DNA of 64,000 nt from an uncultured Acidobacteriota bacterium (lineage in GTDB: Bacteria; Acidobacteriota; Terriglobia; Terriglobales; Acidobacteriaceae): contig CAWFXO010000002.1 of the NCBI GenBank assembly GCA_963819825.1, positions 219,186-283,185 of the forward strand. Reading direction: 5' to 3'. This document shows, one piece after another, positions 60,350-64,000 of this stretch. The notes under the pieces were generated by a model. That model had not been told where the DNA came from, did not search any database, and was given only the letters and a program-made list of their open reading frames with translations. The number at the start of each line of letters is the position of its first letter. Positions within the stretch are counted from its first letter, which is position 1. The translations under genes and the position numbers were made by a program.

Positions 60350-60856
60350 TCAGGCAACATTTTCAGCGCGCGTTTCGAGAGCCTCGCGTAATGATTTTTC
60401 GTCGTCTTTATCGAGCGACGTTTGGAACACCCTTCCTTTTCCCGCGAACTGCTTCAAGCCATCGAGCACCTTGTCAGGAGTAGCCCTCCGCAGCAGAACA
60501 AAGAGGGCGGATGATCCGGGCGTGAGCGACCTCCCAATGTCCTTCATCATGTTGTCGTCCAAGCCGAGATTGGCAAACTTTCCAGACAGCGCGCCCGCGC
60601 CTGCTCCGACAGCGGCGCCAAGGAGGGGGTTGAGAAACAGCATCCCGATCAGCATGCCCCAAAATGCGCCGCCGACCGCGCCTGCGCTTGTCAGGCTCAC
60701 CGCCTGATGCAACTTGGTCTTGCCGCTCGTGTCCATGGTGACCACAACCGCATCCTCCATCTCGAGCAAGTATTGCTTTTGCATTTTGGCCAGCGCCGCG
60801 CGCATCTCGAAGGCAGTGGATTCGTCGTTAAACACAATCGCTATCAGTGAACTCAT
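60350..60856 (-). CDS. DUF1269-domain membrane protein
   Basis: Intact ORF. LIAIVFNDESTAFEMRAALAKMQKQYLLEMEDAVVV, then a Gly-zipper TM region and a second soluble repeat. Confidence 0.7.
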   Translation of the reverse strand: MSSLIAIVFNDESTAFEMRAALAKMQKQYLLEMEDAVVVTMDTSGKTKLHQAVSLTSAGAVGGAFWGMLIGMLFLNPLLGAAVGAGAGALSGKFANLGLDDNMMKDIGRSLTPGSSALFVLLRRATPDKVLDGLKQFAGKGRVFQTSLDKDDEKSLREALETRAENVA

Positions 60857-61148
60857 TGGGCCTCTCCTGTGCGTGGGTAATGATGCCGATCATTTTGATT
60901 GAGATGGGTCCGTCGTTCTTGAATCCGCCCGCTGACTTTGATGTTGAAAAGTCGCTTGCCGGAGATATTCCGGCTCTCCTTTTTTCTAATCCGTGTTCAC
61001 AAACGTTTGGAAGAGAGCTGAAAGAGGACTTAATTCAACCGTGCTGGGTCGCGTCTGATCCTCGATAGGCTCTCTCGCTAGTGAAAGATGCAGTTCTTCG
61101 CTCTTCTATCCACCGGAATGGTCATTCACGAAAGTGCAACTGTGAACT

Positions 61149-62942
61149 GTGAGTAGTAACAGGCGCGACAGCTCCAACCATCCGATAGATTTTCATTCAC
61201 CGAGCGCAGAGTTAGGGAAATACGCATGGAGTTGCTACGGTGTGAACATCTCTAGGGTTTCTTCGACGGTTATCAAGAAGAACCTCCTTCGCCACAGTCC
61301 CATCTATGTTTTCGTTTTCTGGCTGATCGCGGCGGCCATGCATGGGCAATCGCTCGCGCACGAGGTTGAAAATGCAAACGCGGGCGCGTCCGAAAAGGAC
61401 GAAATCAGCGACCCTCTTGGGAGAAGTACTCCTGACGGGACGGTACTTGGGTTCCTGGATGCTGCCCGCAACGGGAGGTATAAGGATGCCAGTCAGTACC
61501 TCCAACTGCCGCAGGAAGCGCGCGCCACCAACGGCGAGCGTATCGCTCAACAACTCTACAAGCTTATGGAAAGCGCTTTTGTAGAGCGCATGGGAGTCAT
61601 CAGTGGCCACCTGGAAGGCTCCCGTCAAATCGGAGTTCCAAGAGATCGCGAACGAATCGGGGCATTCCGGATCAATGGCAATGACACCAATGTTGATTTG
61701 GTGCATGTGCCCGATCCCACAGCGGGTCAGATTTGGTTGTTCTCTTCCGCAGTTGTGGCCAATGTTCCACACCTCTTTGCCCAAGCCGAGGCTGACGGAG
61801 CGGAGTTGGGTTCCTCGCGTTTTCCTGCAGTTAGCCGAATCTTCGATTCATCTTTAAGGAGTTTGATCGCACTTATATTGCTGGTTCCCATATCCCTGGC
61901 CCTGGCCTGGGTAGTGGTGTTTACACTTCGTTCCATTGCCCGGATTTCGAAGCGATGGCGGAAAAACGGGATCACCAAGGATGTTCTTCGCGCCTCGACG
62001 GCCCCGGCTACGCTCATCCTCGCCGTCGTTTTTCATCACCTCGGCGTGTACCTTCTAGGCGCTCCCATTGTCACTCGACTTCACTATCAAAAGATCACCA
62101 GCATCATTCTGGTCGCGGCGGTCGCTTGGCTGGTATTTCGGCTGATTAATGGTTGGAGTGAGCGAGCACGCGTCCAGGCTCTCGACGGTTCCGGATACCG
62201 CAGCGGCTCCATCGTTTTGCTGGGACAGCGTATTTTCAAAGTGCTCGCTGTAATTGTCGCAGGGCTGGTCGTGCTTTCGATTCTGGGATTTGAGATTACG
62301 ACCGCCCTGGCCGGCCTGGGCATTGGCAGTATTGCCATCGCCTTTGCCGCACAAAAGACGCTGGAAAACCTGCTGGGTGGCATATCGATTCTCAGTGACG
62401 AGGTGATTCGCATCGGGGAGGTCTGTCAAATTGGCGACCGGCAAGGCACGGTCGAAGATATTAGTCTTCGTTCTACTCGCATTCGTACCTTGGAACGCAC
62501 CGAGCTTTCGGTGCCCAACGGGCAACTTGCAAACATGAACGTGGAAAACATCAGCCGTCGCGACAAGAGCCTGTTTCACACAAAGATAGGATTACAGTAC
62601 GGCGCTTCTCCGGCCCAACTGCGAGCGCTCTTGGCTGAGATCCGGTCTTTGCTCCGGGAGCATCCCAATGTGGGTTCTGATGTTCTTCGGGTCGGTCTTG
62701 TCAGCTTTGAGGAAACCCGGCTCGATGTGGTAGTGGAATGCCACATCCTCACCAGCAAGTTGGATGAGTTCATGGCCATTCGCGAACACCTGCTGCTGCG
62801 AATCATGGAGTTGGTGGCCGACGCCGGCATTCAGCTTGCGCTTCCCGGTCGTTTACTCTACATGCCAGAGGGCAAAGAGCAGGACGCACTGGCAGAATCG
62901 CAGAAGGAAAATCCACCGCTTCGTTACCGCCGAACTTCGTAG
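61149..62942 (+). CDS. MscS-family mechanosensitive ion channel with large N-terminal extension
   Basis: Intact ORF. TLENLLGGISILSDEVIRIGEVCQIGDRQGTVEDISLRSTRIRTLERTELSVPNGQLANMNVENISRRD is the MscS beta-domain signature. The start codon is uncertain (GTG 61149 as given). Confidence 0.8.
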   Translation: MSSNRRDSSNHPIDFHSPSAELGKYAWSCYGVNISRVSSTVIKKNLLRHSPIYVFVFWLIAAAMHGQSLAHEVENANAGASEKDEISDPLGRSTPDGTVLGFLDAARNGRYKDASQYLQLPQEARATNGERIAQQLYKLMESAFVERMGVISGHLEGSRQIGVPRDRERIGAFRINGNDTNVDLVHVPDPTAGQIWLFSSAVVANVPHLFAQAEADGAELGSSRFPAVSRIFDSSLRSLIALILLVPISLALAWVVVFTLRSIARISKRWRKNGITKDVLRASTAPATLILAVVFHHLGVYLLGAPIVTRLHYQKITSIILVAAVAWLVFRLINGWSERARVQALDGSGYRSGSIVLLGQRIFKVLAVIVAGLVVLSILGFEITTALAGLGIGSIAIAFAAQKTLENLLGGISILSDEVIRIGEVCQIGDRQGTVEDISLRSTRIRTLERTELSVPNGQLANMNVENISRRDKSLFHTKIGLQYGASPAQLRALLAEIRSLLREHPNVGSDVLRVGLVSFEETRLDVVVECHILTSKLDEFMAIREHLLLRIMELVADAGIQLALPGRLLYMPEGKEQDALAESQKENPPLRYRRTS

Positions 62943-63052
62943 AAGAACGATTCCATGTTGTCCGTCTTGTCGGGTGTCCATGCTTTTGCCCCACGCAGAC
63001 TCCTTAGGTCTTCGGTCCCATTTGCTGGTTCGGCCACGCTTGGTTTTGAAGA

Positions 63053-64000
63053 TCACCGGTTCGTGTACCGAGGAAGCAAGAGGTTGGTCAGCGCGGCCAG
63101 CCCCAGCGCGGCTGCCAGGAGAACCAGCAAAGAGGCATAAGACCCAGTCAAGTCAAATGCGCGCCCCAAAATCACCGGCCCGATGGCCCCCGCGGCGGCG
63201 TAGAACGTCCAGGTAAAACCGTAGAGAGTAGAAAAAGAACGCAGGCCGAAATAACGAGTCAGCAGGTAAGGCGTGGTGGCGGCTTCGCCTCCGGCGCCAA
63301 CGCCGATAAGCGCAGCCGCAAGGCAGCCGGCTGGGAAACTGCTTACACGGGCCAGAAGAAAAATGCCCAGCGCGGTAATCAGGTTGATGAACAACGCAAC
63401 CCGCGGCCCGAAGAACCGGTCGAGCAGCCATCCCACGACGACCCTGCCCAGCAGGCTCGAACCGCCAAGCACCGATGCGCAGAGCGCCGCCTTGCCGGAG
63501 GTGAGGCCCCGGTCCGTCAGCAGCGCGGAGAGGTGAGTGATGGCCCCGTTCATGCTGATCGAGCTCACAAAAAGGATGGTGGTGATGATCCAGAAGGAAT
63601 AAGAACGCAGGCCTTGCTGCCAGGTCAGGCCAGAATGTTGGACCGGAACCGACTCGCGCGCGATCGTTCCAGGTTCGTGCCCGCGCTCACGGATGTAACG
63701 CCAACTGAGCGGCAATCCGAGCAACAATGCCAGCCAGCCGAGTGACGCGTACGCTGTACGCCAGCCCGACCGGCTGATGATGGATTGTGCGACCACAGGC
63801 AAAATCATGGCGCCCAGTCCCGCTCCAACCATCACCAGGGCCAGTGCCATTCCCAGCCGCTGCTGAAACCAGGTGGAAATCGATCGCGAATACGCCAGAT
63901 GCGCGGCTCCGTTTCCGACCACGCCCAGCACGAAGCAAGTCAGGTAGAACTGCCATATTCCCGCGTGCAACAGCGACAGCGAGGCGATGCCGCATCCGTA
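63053..64000 (-). CDS. MFS transporter, 5' end outside window
   Basis: ORF 63053..63970 stays open to nt 64000 (…YGCGIASLSLLHAGIWQFY). It is hydrophobic throughout, with a central loop RYIRERGHEPG between two six-helix halves. Confidence 0.8.
   Translation of the reverse strand, partial: YGCGIASLSLLHAGIWQFYLTCFVLGVVGNGAAHLAYSRSISTWFQQRLGMALALVMVGAGLGAMILPVVAQSIISRSGWRTAYASLGWLALLLGLPLSWRYIRERGHEPGTIARESVPVQHSGLTWQQGLRSYSFWIITTILFVSSISMNGAITHLSALLTDRGLTSGKAALCASVLGGSSLLGRVVVGWLLDRFFGPRVALFINLITALGIFLLARVSSFPAGCLAAALIGVGAGGEAATTPYLLTRYFGLRSFSTLYGFTWTFYAAAGAIGPVILGRAFDLTGSYASLLVLLAAALGLAALTNLLLPRYTNR

Overview
This is a visibly GC-rich chromosomal segment. Its gene content and repeat families resemble a soil Acidobacteriota-type genome, but that placement is inference only. 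I can support about 50 protein genes and one tRNA-Arg(CCT). I see no rRNA, CRISPR array or prophage.

Gene content:
- Housekeeping block: lhr, mutL, cmk, infC-rpmI-rplT, pheS-pheT.
- Secreted hydrolases: a tricorn-like protease, a Tat-signal amidase, a giant S53 sedolisin with Ig-like repeats, a GH27 glycosidase and an M23 peptidase.
- A PQQ dehydrogenase with an embedded cytochrome c domain.
- An ECF sigma/anti-sigma operon followed by two membrane proteins with LiaF/DUF4097-type modules.
- An ABC exporter, glgC, and two PIN-toxin TA loci, one with an unusually long antitoxin.
- A sortase next to an LPKTG substrate.
- A same-strand peptide/amino-acid catabolism cluster: abgT-pepA-M20-aspA-glsA.

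Repetitive and mobile DNA:
- A REP-associated tyrosine transposase (RAYT) sits between inverted REP copies beside the tRNA.
- There is a second REP doublet without a transposase.
- Two more short intergenic repeat families are present.
- Hairpin-rich inserts lie inside pheT and lhr.

The dominant oddity is that roughly 20 conserved genes in nt 1-45,300 are interrupted by single-nucleotide indels. These include pheT, mutL, cmk and the rplT tail. The last 19 kb is almost clean. I therefore give gene-level coordinates that bridge the frameshifts.

I do not see a complete new multi-gene system that I can defend. The most unusual candidates are listed as findings with explicit tests.
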